A stretch of 64,000 nucleotides of DNA from a virus. Its lineage: Duplodnaviria; Caudoviricetes. How positions within the stretch are numbered: the stretch's first letter is position 1; each line of letters opens with the position of its first letter. The stretch lies in the IMG/VR virus record IMGVR_UViG_3300021255_000152, positions 32,001 through 96,000 of that record, one strand, 5' to 3'. Below are positions 28,482 through 38,104 of the stretch, piece after piece. The position numbers were made by a program, and so were the translations under genes. The notes under the pieces are model-generated. The model saw nothing but the letters and a program-made list of their open reading frames with translations. It searched no databases and had not been told where the DNA came from.

Positions 28482-29189
28482 ATGATTACAACTCCTGAAG
28501 AATATTTTAAATATCTTTGAGGTATTGAAGCTCAGGAGCCTCTTTTAGACGATGAAGGTAACGTACAATATGATGAAAATGGGGAGGTTATTATGACGGG
28601 TGTTAATCCTAATAATAACCGCCCTATCCTTTCTATCATTCTACCTTCTGATGAAAGAACTTTTGACGTCGATTTAGACAGCAGAGAGATTTCAGTACCT
28701 ACCTTTTTAAGTGTTCAAAAAGATCATCGCGCAGAAACAGTATATTTCTTAGTCGATAGATTTTACGAATATAAAGATTTAGCAACAACATCTTGTGTTA
28801 TTGAATATATCAATGCAAAAGGAGAAGGTGGATTCTACGTTGTTCCTTTCTATGATATTTCAACATATAAACATTACATGGATGATAATGATGTCCTCCA
28901 TCAAGATAAGATGTTGATTCCTTGGTGCATTGAAGGTGATGTTACCAAGGCCCCAGGCGCAGTACAATTTGCGATAAGATTCTATGAATTAGACGCAACA
29001 GGAACAGAATTTATCTATAACCTTAGAACAAATACCGCTAGTGCGCAAGTTCTTGAGGGAATGGATGAAAGCATTCTTGATAAAAGTATTGACCCAGAAT
29101 TATCTCCTAATTTAATTCACCAATTAAATGATAAGTACGACAATATCGTAACAACCATTTATTGGACTGATTTGCCTGGTTTGCATTAA
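28482..29189 (+). CDS. BppU-like baseplate protein, paralogue of the upstream gene, 235 aa under code 4
   Basis: AGGAGG RBS and ATG 28482 in frame with track ORF 28593, one TGA at codon 13. Same AETVYF.VDRFY..DL...W.I....T...G.VQFAIRF motif. Confidence 0.75.
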
Positions 29190-29194
29190 AAACT

Positions 29195-29223
29195 AATAGA
29201 GCCGAAAGGCTCTATTTTTTTTT
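29195..29223 (+). terminator. Rho-independent terminator
   Basis: AATAGAGCC-GAAA-GGCTCTATT plus T-run (GNRA loop). Confidence 0.8.
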
Positions 29224-29282
29224 GGCCAGGTATTATTAAATTTCATTTTATAGCTTTTATTTCTCTTAGAGAAAGAAATTTT

Positions 29283-29314
29283 GTTATGCTCTATATGTGA
29301 GCATAACTTTTTTT
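29283..29314 (+). terminator. Terminator/attenuator-like hairpin in the leader of the tail fibre gene
   Basis: GTTATGCTC-7nt-GAGCATAAC plus T7, directly upstream of the RBS. Confidence 0.55.
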
Positions 29315-29337
29315 ATATTAAGGAGAAAGGAGCAAGT

Positions 29338-32300
29338 ATGGCAGATACTAATGTTTTAATAAAATTAAAATATGGTGCGATATCTACTTTAGCGCAAAGA
29401 GAAGAACTAACAAATAATCCTCTTATTGCGCTAGATAGAGGTACTGTATATTTTGCTGTCGATACTACCAATCGTAAAGGTAAGATAGTTTTTGATGCTC
29501 CTGTTGGTGCTAGTGGTACAGAAAGAATCGTAATGAGTACCGATGCTGAATACGCAGAAAGGGCTGGTTATGCAACCAACGCAGGAAATGCATCAACCGC
29601 CGATTTAGCGAATGAACTTGTTGGCGCAAATATTGATGGTATATTCTTTAACGGTGCAAATGCTATTACACATTATTCTTCTTGTGCTACAGCTGGAAAT
29701 GTTGCAGAGAAAGTTGTTAGTTGCGGGAATTATAGACTAACAACAGGCTCTAGAATTGCTGTTAAATTTGGATTTGAAAATAGCGCCAACAACATGTCGT
29801 TAAATGTTAATAACACAGGAGCAAAACCTGTTTATTATAATGGCGCGCAAATTGAAGCAAATAAAATATTGGCTAATAAAGTCTATGATTTTATATATGA
29901 TGGAAATGTATATAATTTAGTAGGAGATTTAGATACTAATACTACCTATCCTGTTGCGGAGACAGGTGTTACTGGATTATTATCTGGAGATCTTTATACT
30001 AAATTACAAGGTATAGACTTTGACGCCACTTATCTTACACTACAAGGAACTTCTCCTATTTCAGTAAGTGATTCAGTAGGAGATGTTACAATTAGCCATG
30101 ATGATACTGATGTAAATGCAGGTAATTATGGAGATACTGAAGCGCAAACACCGGGATTCGGAGACACTTTTAAAGTTCCTAGTTACACAGTAAATAGTAT
30201 GGGTCACTTAACTCAAAGTGGAGAACATACTGTTACAATTCCAAATGATTTAGTTTCTATTTATACTCCTGGTTTATTTGGATCTACAGATTATAATAAT
30301 TTCTTGGACGGTATTACCATTGCTGGACATAATTTACAGTTAGGTAGTGTTGAATGGACTGCAGCTGAAGTTAGACAAGCATTGGGACTCTCTAATGCCC
30401 TTCATTTTATTGGTAAAGCTACTGCGACTATTTCAGATGGTAGTACCACTGATCCAGGTATCACTGGATATACTACAAAACAAGCTGGTGATGTAGTTAT
30501 AGATGCAGATACCTCATATGAATTTGTATGAACAAATGAAGGCAAGTGGGAAAGATTAGGCCCAGATGGAAGTTATTCTTTATCCACTCATGGTCATGGT
30601 AATATCACCAATGAAGGTGGCTTGCTTGGTGGAATTATTGGTTCTTCTGTTGTTATAGATTCAAATGGTTTAATTAATTATAGAGATTTAACCGTTCTTG
30701 ATCCAGACCCAGATGGAACTAATTCTATTACATTTATTGCGCAAATTGAACAAAACGCAGATGGACAGATCGTTCCTATTAAAAAGATTGTTCGAGATGC
30801 ATCTACTTTAGTAAGTGGCGTTGTTAATACAACTGCACAGAGTTTCGCAGGACATAAAACATTTGCTACTAATTTATCTGTTATTAATGATGCTAGTAAT
30901 GAATCTACAACAGATTCCTTGGTATATTTCCAAGTTCATAATTCAAATGATTGAGGTTTAACTATCTCCAAAGGCGGAAATAATAAAGGCTTACTCATTG
31001 ATGGTGTAGGTAGTAAATTATTACAGGTCGGCACGGATGAATTACTTGTTGTTAATTCTTCTGGTCTTACTGTTGGTACCGCTACTAAGAATGTTAATTC
31101 TACATTTGCAGGTGATATAAATCCAGTAGCTGATCAAGCCTTTAGTTTAGGCTCTTCTGGATTAAGATGAACCAACTTATATGTAGGTACTAGTGATACC
31201 TATGGTTCTGCAACCAAACCTATTTACTGAAAAGATGGTGTCCCAACAGCAACTTCTTATTCACTCGCCGCAACCGTAAATGCTGGCGTAGTAAATAGAC
31301 TTGCTTTCTATAAATCTTCAAGGTCAGTCGATGATGCTGTTGGTGCAAATTTTGAAACTACTCAAAATTCAAAAAGTAAAGAAGTTCGTGCTTTACATCT
31401 TTGAGGAACAACTGTCGGTAATACAGCAGCCGATTTAATTAGTGGAACTGCTGGTATTATTAGAATGGGCGATGGCGGTCCGCAAATTACTTTTAGTGCC
31501 TCTGAATCTGGCACACAAAATGGCGCACTTATTTTTACAGACAACGATAATGCGGGAAGTGGCGTAAGCTGGCATTTTGTCACTACAGAAGGTGATGATG
31601 ACTTTGGTGGAAACGCTACTGTTACTGCGCCAAGATTTAGAGCAAGAAAAAATTTAACCGTTGGTACAAATAATGAACAGACAGCTTATAGTCTTTATGT
31701 AGAAAATGAATCTTATCTTCATGGAGATTTAACAGTTGATGGTAGTCAAACTATTACTGGAACTTTTGAATCTACCAATGAAACCAATTCTACATCACGC
31801 ACTACTGGTTCTGCTATCTTTGCAGGCGGTGTAGGCGTTGCAAAAGAATTATGGGCTGGTGGAATTGGTGTTAGCACTAATTCAATGGTAATTAATAAAG
31901 GTAAGGTATATTCAAACCTTACTGGCACAAATGTAGCTCCGCCTATTAAAACAACTTCTTTATATGCTGATGGTATTGCTATAATTAGTCCTTCAGTTAG
32001 AGATGCAGGATGAATGAGAGTTACTGGTACTACTGAAGCAGATACTACTTTAGAAATTGCTACTGGTGATGATGGCGGTGCTGGAGAACAAATTGTCGTT
32101 AGACAGTATAATACTTCAAATGAAGTTGCTAGAGAAGTTAAATTATTAGATACAAATGGTCAGAGTGTAATGCGCGATGTATTACCAACTACGACTAATG
32201 TTAATACTTTAGGTTCTTCCACAAAGAGATGGAAGAATGTTTATATTGGTACGCAAGATACTTATGGAACTACTGACACTCCTATCTATTGGAATGCAGG

Positions 32301-33216
32301 CGTACCTACTCCAATAGATCCAAGTGCAATGTTTAGTAGTCTCACTTCTAGTGGTAATACTCTTACCGCAGTTATTGCAAATCAAGATAGAAGTGTTAAT
32401 ATAATTAATAGTGTTTCTAATAAATATACAAATGGTACTTCTGGAGCTGCTAAAATTACTACAACTGTTAATGGAGTAACAGGAGCTGCCATAAGTATTC
32501 CTATTAACTCTAAAAGTGTCGCAGGCTTAGTTCCAGCTGGAGGAACAAGTCATGCAAACATGGCTTGGCGTACTGATGATCAGGGTGTTCCAAGTTGAAG
32601 ACCAGATGAAACAGCAGCGCCTGTCTTCGAAGACATTACATTATTACATGATGAATGAGATGGTAATCAATATGTAGTTTATTCTAATAATGTAACAGTT
32701 GATTCAGTTCAAATTGTATCTTTACCTAATTATACTTTAGCATCAAGTGATGAAATGGATGCGCTTGGAGCTGCTAAATTAGTAGATGGTGGTCAAGCAG
32801 CTGGTCGATTTACTTTAGTTGCTCTTGGTGATGTTCCAACAATTGATATTGATATTAGAGTTTGTTATTATTTCAGTACAGATTCTAATGTTATTTCAAT
32901 GCAAACTGCGGCAGCTAGTGCAAATCAAGCTGCACAATCAGCAGCACAGGCAGCGGCATTTGCTAAGATGCAAGTCAAAAAAATTAGCATTGGACCAAGT
33001 AACCTATCAGAAGATACAACAAATACTACTTATCCATATAAGTATCAACTTTCTTGAGCTGGCGTTAAAGCAGATGACTGAGTAGATGGTTCTGGTGTAA
33101 GTAATATGGATTGAGCGGTTGAAAGTGGTGCTAATAAGATTATATTACATTTTGCAAAAAATTTAACTGCAAGCACAGCAATTAATATTTATTGAGCAGC
33201 TTGTGAGGTAGCGTAA
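29338..33216 (+). CDS. Long tail fibre protein, 1292 aa under code 4
   Basis: AAAGGAG RBS. Fragments 29281/29338, 30622, 31465, 32014 and 32755 are in one frame; ends TAA 33214-33216. Fibre motifs (LNVNNTGAKPV, LGSS..RW..VY). Confidence 0.8.
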
Positions 33217-33225
33217 TATAATATG

Positions 33226-33260
33226 GGGCAAGTTAAATTAACTTGCCCTTTTTCTTTTTT
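33226..33260 (+). terminator. Rho-independent terminator-like hairpin overlapping a GGGCAA motif
   Basis: GGGCAAGTTAA-A-TTAACTTGCCC plus T-runs. Confidence 0.6.
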
Positions 33261-33290
33261 ATATTTATTGATATATGAAGGAGGTTACTT

Positions 33291-33923
33291 ATGATACAAT
33301 ATAATAATGATAAAGTCGTAGATGCGGATTTAGACGCACTTAAATTATTAATGCTAGATACTATTTATCCAGTAGGATCTATCTATATGAGTGTCAATAA
33401 TGTTTCTCCTTCTACTTTATTTGGTGGAACATGGGAAGCTATTCAAGATAGATTTCTTTTGGCGGCGGGTGAGAGTTATAGTGGCGGAACGACTGGCGGT
33501 AGTGCAAAGCATACCCCCAGCGGTACCTTAAGTGGTGGTGCAGTTGGAAATCATACTCTAACTGTGGCTGAAACACCTGCTCATACACATACTAGAGGTA
33601 CCATGAATATTACTGGTGCATTTCGTGTTGATTTTGGTGGATCAGGATGATGTGCTGTTCGTAGTAGAAGTGGTGCATTTGCTGAGACTAATTCAGATAC
33701 TTCTGCTTGGATGAAGCAGGTTTCGTCAAGTGCAGTTGCTCCCCCTTCTGATGGTAAACAAACAGCAACATTTGATGCATCTCGTTCATGAACAGGTGAA
33801 ACTTCATCTGTTGGTAGTGGTGGAGCACATGATCACCCATTCACGCAACCTACTTTTAAAGGCACAAGCCAAAATACACTTCCACCATATTTAACTGTTT
33901 ATATGTGAAAGAGAGTTGATTAA
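33291..33923 (+). CDS. Baseplate wedge gp10 C-terminal / tail-collar-like protein, 210 aa under code 4
   Basis: YPVGSIYMS..P..LFGGTWE, HxH motifs, FDASRS-W(TGA)-TGETS and terminal LPPYLTVYM-W(TGA)-KRV. Confidence 0.85.
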
Positions 33924-33924
33924 T

Positions 33925-35061
33925 ATGGCTATTCAAATTAAAAATGATAATGTATTAATTGGCCATATTAATGATTTACAAAGTTCAATAAATAGTTTGG
34001 ATAGTAGAGTAACTACTGTCGAGAATAAATTCGCGCAATACCTGCCTTTAACGGGTGGGGGGCTTACAGGTAATCTTTCTGTTGGAGGAGTAATAACTGG
34101 AAAACTAGATGGGGCAGCTAGATATTTAACAAGTCCTGATACTAGAAGTGTTGTTATAAACCCATCAGATATTATTGCTTCTGAAAATGGGGTAAGATTT
34201 GATTTTAAATCTTCATCAACCATTGGATTATCTTCTAGTCCTGCTTATAGTGGAGTTATGACTTATAGACCTTATAGTAAAAACAGTGACTGATCAGGTG
34301 GCCCAGCTCATCAAATAGCTTTTAATGCAAATGGTTTATATTGAAGAAAAAGTTCTGGAGATACAACATGAGCTGATTGATATACTATTTTAGACAGTAA
34401 TAATTATACTTCTTATTATCCCACAGGAGTCAAAGACTATAATAATGGAAATACCATTACTTTTGGTTATTCTACTTCTGGAATGTCTTCAACATCTTGA
34501 TTAGGTTCTTGAGATGGTTATAAGTTAAGAGCAATAGCACCTAATGTATTAACAGTTAAATCAGCTTATACTTTAACTATTTCTCACGGTAATGAAATAA
34601 GATTTAATAACAATAGTAGTGCTAGTTCGCTTTGATTTAATTATTTAAGAGAAGATGGTAATACTTGTAACGTGACTTCATTTTACTGAGGAAATGGTAA
34701 TAAAGGAGCTAGTGCAACAATGGTTGCAGGATCTTTTTCTACTTCGAGTTCTAAAAAAATAAAAGAAAATATTTCGGACATGTCAGAAGAAGAAGCTTCT
34801 AAAATATTAAACATAGGAATAAAATCTTTTGATTATAAAGAGGGATTTGGAGAAAAAAATCAATTTGGATGTATTGCAGAAGATATATACAATGAAATTC
34901 CTTCTGTTGTACATATTCCAGATGAATATAATGAAGATACTCCTTTAGAAGAAAACAATATTGGTTTTCCTTCTATTGATTATTCTAAATTTGTTCCATA
35001 TATTATTAAAATGATTCAAATTCAACAAAAAGAAATAAATGAATTAAAAGGAGATCGATAA
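33925..35061 (+). CDS. Tail fibre/receptor-binding protein with pyocin-knob-like region and C-terminal peptidase S74 chaperone, 378 aa under code 4
   Basis: YLPLTGG.LTG; LY-W-RK...T-W-AD-W-YTILDSNNY (all TGA); SSKKIKENI..FDYK..GCIAED..IDYSK..coiled coil. Confidence 0.8.
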
Positions 35062-35062
35062 T

Positions 35063-35269
35063 ATGCCAACAATTTTAGCTTTTGGCGGAGGTGGTGGTGG
35101 CATGAAATTTATTCGTGCGGCGGCCACTGGTTCAGGCACTTCTATTCAGCCTTATGGATATACTGCAACGAAGTATAAAGATGGTAGTTGAGCCTGGTAT
35201 AATACAGATAATAATTTATTATATTTTTATACTGGTAGTCAGTGAAGAGCTGTCAATACTTATCAATAA
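35063..35269 (+). CDS. Small tail-associated protein, 68 aa under code 4
   Basis: AAAGGAG RBS; MPTILAFGGGGGG...GS-W-AWYNTDNNLLYFYTGSQ-W-RAV; followed by a terminator. Confidence 0.65.
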
Positions 35270-35274
35270 AATTA

Positions 35275-35312
35275 AAGAGGAATACCTTTATGGTATTCCT
35301 CTTATTTTTTTT
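35275..35312 (+). terminator. Rho-independent terminator ending the structural block
   Basis: AAGAGGAATACC-5nt-GGTATTCCTCTT plus T-run. Confidence 0.75.
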
Positions 35313-35319
35313 GCTTTTT

Positions 35320-35697
35320 AGAAAGAGTAGAATTTTAACCTAATTATCTCTTAATGAAGAGAATACCTTTCAATTTTTTATTTAACCTACGATGAAAACC
35401 CGCTTTTCTCACAGCTCCATATAAAATCTCGCCATTTTTTAAAACATATTTACATCCTTCTAACTCTGAAATTCAGAGAATGTTGATATATAATGCTTTA
35501 TTAACAAGAATAAAATTTTCTGATAGCTTACTAGCGACTTCCTTGGTCGTTTGGTAAGTACAGAAAATTTCATTTGCTGTATGAATGTAGGTTTTCCGGT
35601 CGTAATGGTCGAGGTAGATTATTTCATCTTCCTCTAAGATAATTTTTCTGTTAATTCTAACTTTCATAAAGAGTGAATTAAAAATTCTACTCTTTCT
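35320..35697. repeat. 17-bp perfect inverted repeat pair flanking the LytTR gene
   Basis: AGAAAGAGTAGAATTTT at 35320-35336 and AAAATTCTACTCTTTCT at 35681-35697. Confidence 0.8.
35344..35667 (-). CDS. Stand-alone LytTR-type DNA-binding protein, 107 aa under code 4
   Basis: EIIYLDHYDRKTYIHT..F..VNKALYINIL-W-I..L....VLKNGE.L LytTR pattern, complete only with TGA read-through; ends TAA 35344. Confidence 0.75.
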
Positions 35698-35818
35698 TAT
35701 AATATTATATAATAATTTTTATATGTTTAAAAATCAGGATTCCTGAGGCGCATCTTTGTTCTCTGAATTATCTACTTTTTTATATTTTATGAAGATAGAA
35801 AGGAGATATATATCTAAG

Positions 35819-36175
35819 ATGAACAATTATGTTAATCCTTATTGGCCAAATACTTCTATACTTCAAAAACAGGAGGTCGTTCAAGTCAGTGGCCGCAATG
35901 GTGCAGAAATGTACCAAATGGGTCCAAATAGTAGCGCGTTGCTTTTGGATTCGACCGCACCAATAGTGTGATTAAAAGTCACTGATGGAGCTGGCTATCC
36001 TACAATTACCGCTTATGATATAGCTCTACACCAAGAGCCAAAGCAGGTAGATTTATCAGCGATAGAAGAACGGCTATTAAAATTGGAGGAAAAAGTAAAT
36101 GAACAATCAAAACCCGATACTAATGGCACTTCAGGGACAAAGACAACCATCATTAAACCAATTGTTACAAAATAA
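35819..36175 (+). CDS. Conserved hypothetical protein, first gene of the Cys-rich cassette, 118 aa under code 4
   Basis: AAAGGAG RBS; V.G..GA..Y...PNSSALLLD...PIV-W-LKVTDGAG; C-terminal coiled coil. Confidence 0.75.
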
Positions 36176-36305
36176 TCCTCAAATGGCATATGTAATGCAA
36201 TATGTACAGCAACATGGAGGAGACCCTAAAGAAGCGTTTTTCGCCATGGCTAAAGAGAAAGGTGTAGATCCTATGAGTATCATAAACGGCCTTAATAATA
36301 AATAA
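36099..36305 (+). CDS. Small Gln/Met-rich helical protein, 68 aa
   Basis: GGAGG RBS; NPQM..V...V..HGGDPKEAFF.MAKEKGVDP. Confidence 0.7.
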   Translation: MNNQNPILMALQGQRQPSLNQLLQNNPQMAYVMQYVQQHGGDPKEAFFAMAKEKGVDPMSIINGLNNK

Positions 36306-36318
36306 GGAGGATTCGTTT

Positions 36319-36972
36319 ATGGGTGAAAATGGACTTAGCGCAAGCGATGTCGCTTTACTCAATGACCGTAATGGATATGGAGATATGTGGGGCGGAAATT
36401 CTATGATGTGGATTTTTGCTTTATTAATTCTTGCTGGCGGCGGATTTGGTGGCTTTGGCAATAGAAATGCAATCGGTTATGAAAATCTTGCTACTCAGGC
36501 TCAGGTTGATCGTGGATTCGATACACAGAATATGATGGCAAATCAGCGTGAAACCCTTGCCGCAGTAAATGCTGGAACAGCTCAAGCTGTTGCCGCAACT
36601 AACCAGACTTTCCATGATACAATTAATGCGCTTAGTGATAAATATAGCGAATTAGCGAGAGATATTGGTGGTTTGGCTGTTGGACAAGCAGGTCTTCTTG
36701 CTAAAGAAAATGAATGTTGCTGCTCTATCCAGCGTGCTATTGATGGCGTAAATTATAATAATGCCCTTAATACCGCAGCTATTAACGAAAATACAACTGC
36801 GCAGACCCAGAAGATTCTTGATGCTATTACAGGAAACCGTATGGCAGATATGCAGAATCAAATTAATCAGCTTCAACTTCAGCAGGCTGTCGCTGGTGTA
36901 GTTCGTTATCCAAATTCAAGCGCATATTTTGCAGGAAATAATCCTTTCTGCAATTGCGGCGCAAACCTTTAA
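36319..36972 (+). CDS. Conserved membrane-anchored Gly/Asn-rich protein with CCC motif and coiled coil, 217 aa
   Basis: AGGAGG RBS; hydrophobic WIFALLILAGGGFGG; ECCCS; TQKILD..QNQINQLQLQ; terminal CNCG. Confidence 0.75.
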   Translation: MGENGLSASDVALLNDRNGYGDMWGGNSMMWIFALLILAGGGFGGFGNRNAIGYENLATQAQVDRGFDTQNMMANQRETLAAVNAGTAQAVAATNQTFHDTINALSDKYSELARDIGGLAVGQAGLLAKENECCCSIQRAIDGVNYNNALNTAAINENTTAQTQKILDAITGNRMADMQNQINQLQLQQAVAGVVRYPNSSAYFAGNNPFCNCGANL

Positions 36973-36978
36973 TCTAAT

Positions 36979-37008
36979 AAGGGGCATATATTGCCCCTTT
37001 CTTTTTTT
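36979..37008 (+). terminator. Rho-independent terminator
   Basis: AAGGGGCA..TGCCCCTT plus T-run. Confidence 0.7.
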
Positions 37009-37043
37009 ATCCAAAGGATGAAGTTTAGGGAGGAAAAATTAGT

Positions 37044-37454
37044 ATGATAGATATTTATTCAAAAAACGTAACAGTGGGCGCGAACAGCACAATTCCATTA
37101 AATACAGTTGCCTTATTGAAAGGTACAAGCACACAACCACTAGGTGCAGGTTCTATACAGTTTAATAAATGTGGAATTTACCAAGTAACAGTGTCAGGTA
37201 GTGTAGTAGGTAGTGCTGCTGGAGAAATTGAAATTCAATTAGAGAAAGATGGCGTTGCACAGCCTCAAGCAATTTCTTTAATTACTGCTGCTGATGCTAC
37301 AAGTAATATACCTTTTAGCTTTACTACTTTAGTTCAAGTACCAGACAACAATAATGTTTGTTGCCCTTGCGCGCAAACCACTGTAATTTCTTTAAGAAAT
37401 GCTGGTATTGAAGCAACTTATTCAACAATTGATGTAAATGTAGTTAGAATCTAA
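37044..37454 (+). CDS. Beta-sandwich protein (BclA C-terminal/C1q-like), 136 aa
   Basis: GGGAGG RBS; IPL......G.Y.V.VS.......I.L..DG pattern; VCCPC insertion. Confidence 0.55.
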   Translation: MIDIYSKNVTVGANSTIPLNTVALLKGTSTQPLGAGSIQFNKCGIYQVTVSGSVVGSAAGEIEIQLEKDGVAQPQAISLITAADATSNIPFSFTTLVQVPDNNNVCCPCAQTTVISLRNAGIEATYSTIDVNVVRI

Positions 37455-37468
37455 TAGGGAGAATCCAT

Positions 37469-38038
37469 ATGACAGTAGAAGATGTTTTTGCTGAAGTAAA
37501 TGCGCATATGATTCAAGGACTTATGGTTCATAGTCAAATGGCTAATTATTATGGATTTTTAGGTTTAAAAGGATATTCTAAATGTCATTTATACCATTAT
37601 TGAATGGAAGGAAAATGTCATGTTAAGTTAATGGAATATTATTTTAAATATCATAATAAACTTATTAAAGATATGCCAGTAGAAGATCCAAAATTAATTC
37701 CTAAATCTTGATATAATTATGAGATGAAAGATGTTGATATAACTACAAAGCGCAATGCTGTAAAGGCTGGTATGGAAAAATGGGTTGAATGAGAAGAAAA
37801 TACTGTAAAAACTTTTAAAAAAGCATATAAAGATTTACTTTCTCTTGGAGCAGTTGAAGATGCTAATTATATTATGAATTTATTAGAAGAAGCTAGAGAA
37901 GAGTTAAGTGAAGTAAAATATTGACATATGATGAAAATTGCACAAGATTTTGAAATCGGACCAATTTTAGCTGAACAAGATAAAAAACAGCATAAATATA
38001 AGAAAAAAATTCATAAGCATTGTTGCTGTTGTGAATAA
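37469..38038 (+). CDS. Ferritin-like four-helix protein with HKHCCCCE tail, 189 aa under code 4
   Basis: Absent from the track because of 4 TGA. H..M..YY.FLGL.GY..CH.YHY..E..H, W.EWE..T...Y..L...G...A..I..L.E...EL ferritin-like spacing. Confidence 0.65.
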
Positions 38039-38043
38039 AAAAT

Positions 38044-38075
38044 GGGAACGCTTATTGCGTTCCCTTATTTTTTTT
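38044..38075 (+). terminator. Rho-independent terminator
   Basis: GGGAACGC-5nt-GCGTTCCC plus T-run; overlaps a TGTTATAAT extended -10 upstream of ycaO. Confidence 0.7.
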
Positions 38076-38104
38076 GTTATAATCTATTTAAGGAGATTGT
38101 CCTA

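Noticed and set aside
1-35269. Decayed prophage with many pseudogenes or sequencing errors
   Set aside because: Interruptions are exclusively in-frame TGA at Trp positions, with no frameshifts or internal TAA/TAG in the junctions I checked, and a matching tRNA is present.
33291-35269. Diversity-generating retroelement targeting fibre tips
   Set aside because: No reverse transcriptase and no TR/VR pair differing at adenines was seen in this window.
35115-35321. Track ORF of 68 aa (MRRPLV...)
   Set aside because: No RBS and it runs through a terminator; the code-4 ORF 35063-35269 has an RBS and a recognisable motif.
38042-38104. Longer N-terminus for YcaO as in the track (likewise 29281, 35756, 45836, 52734, 58875 starts)
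   Set aside because: These upstream starts overlap terminators or neighbouring genes; RBS position or gene coupling supports the downstream ATGs used here.
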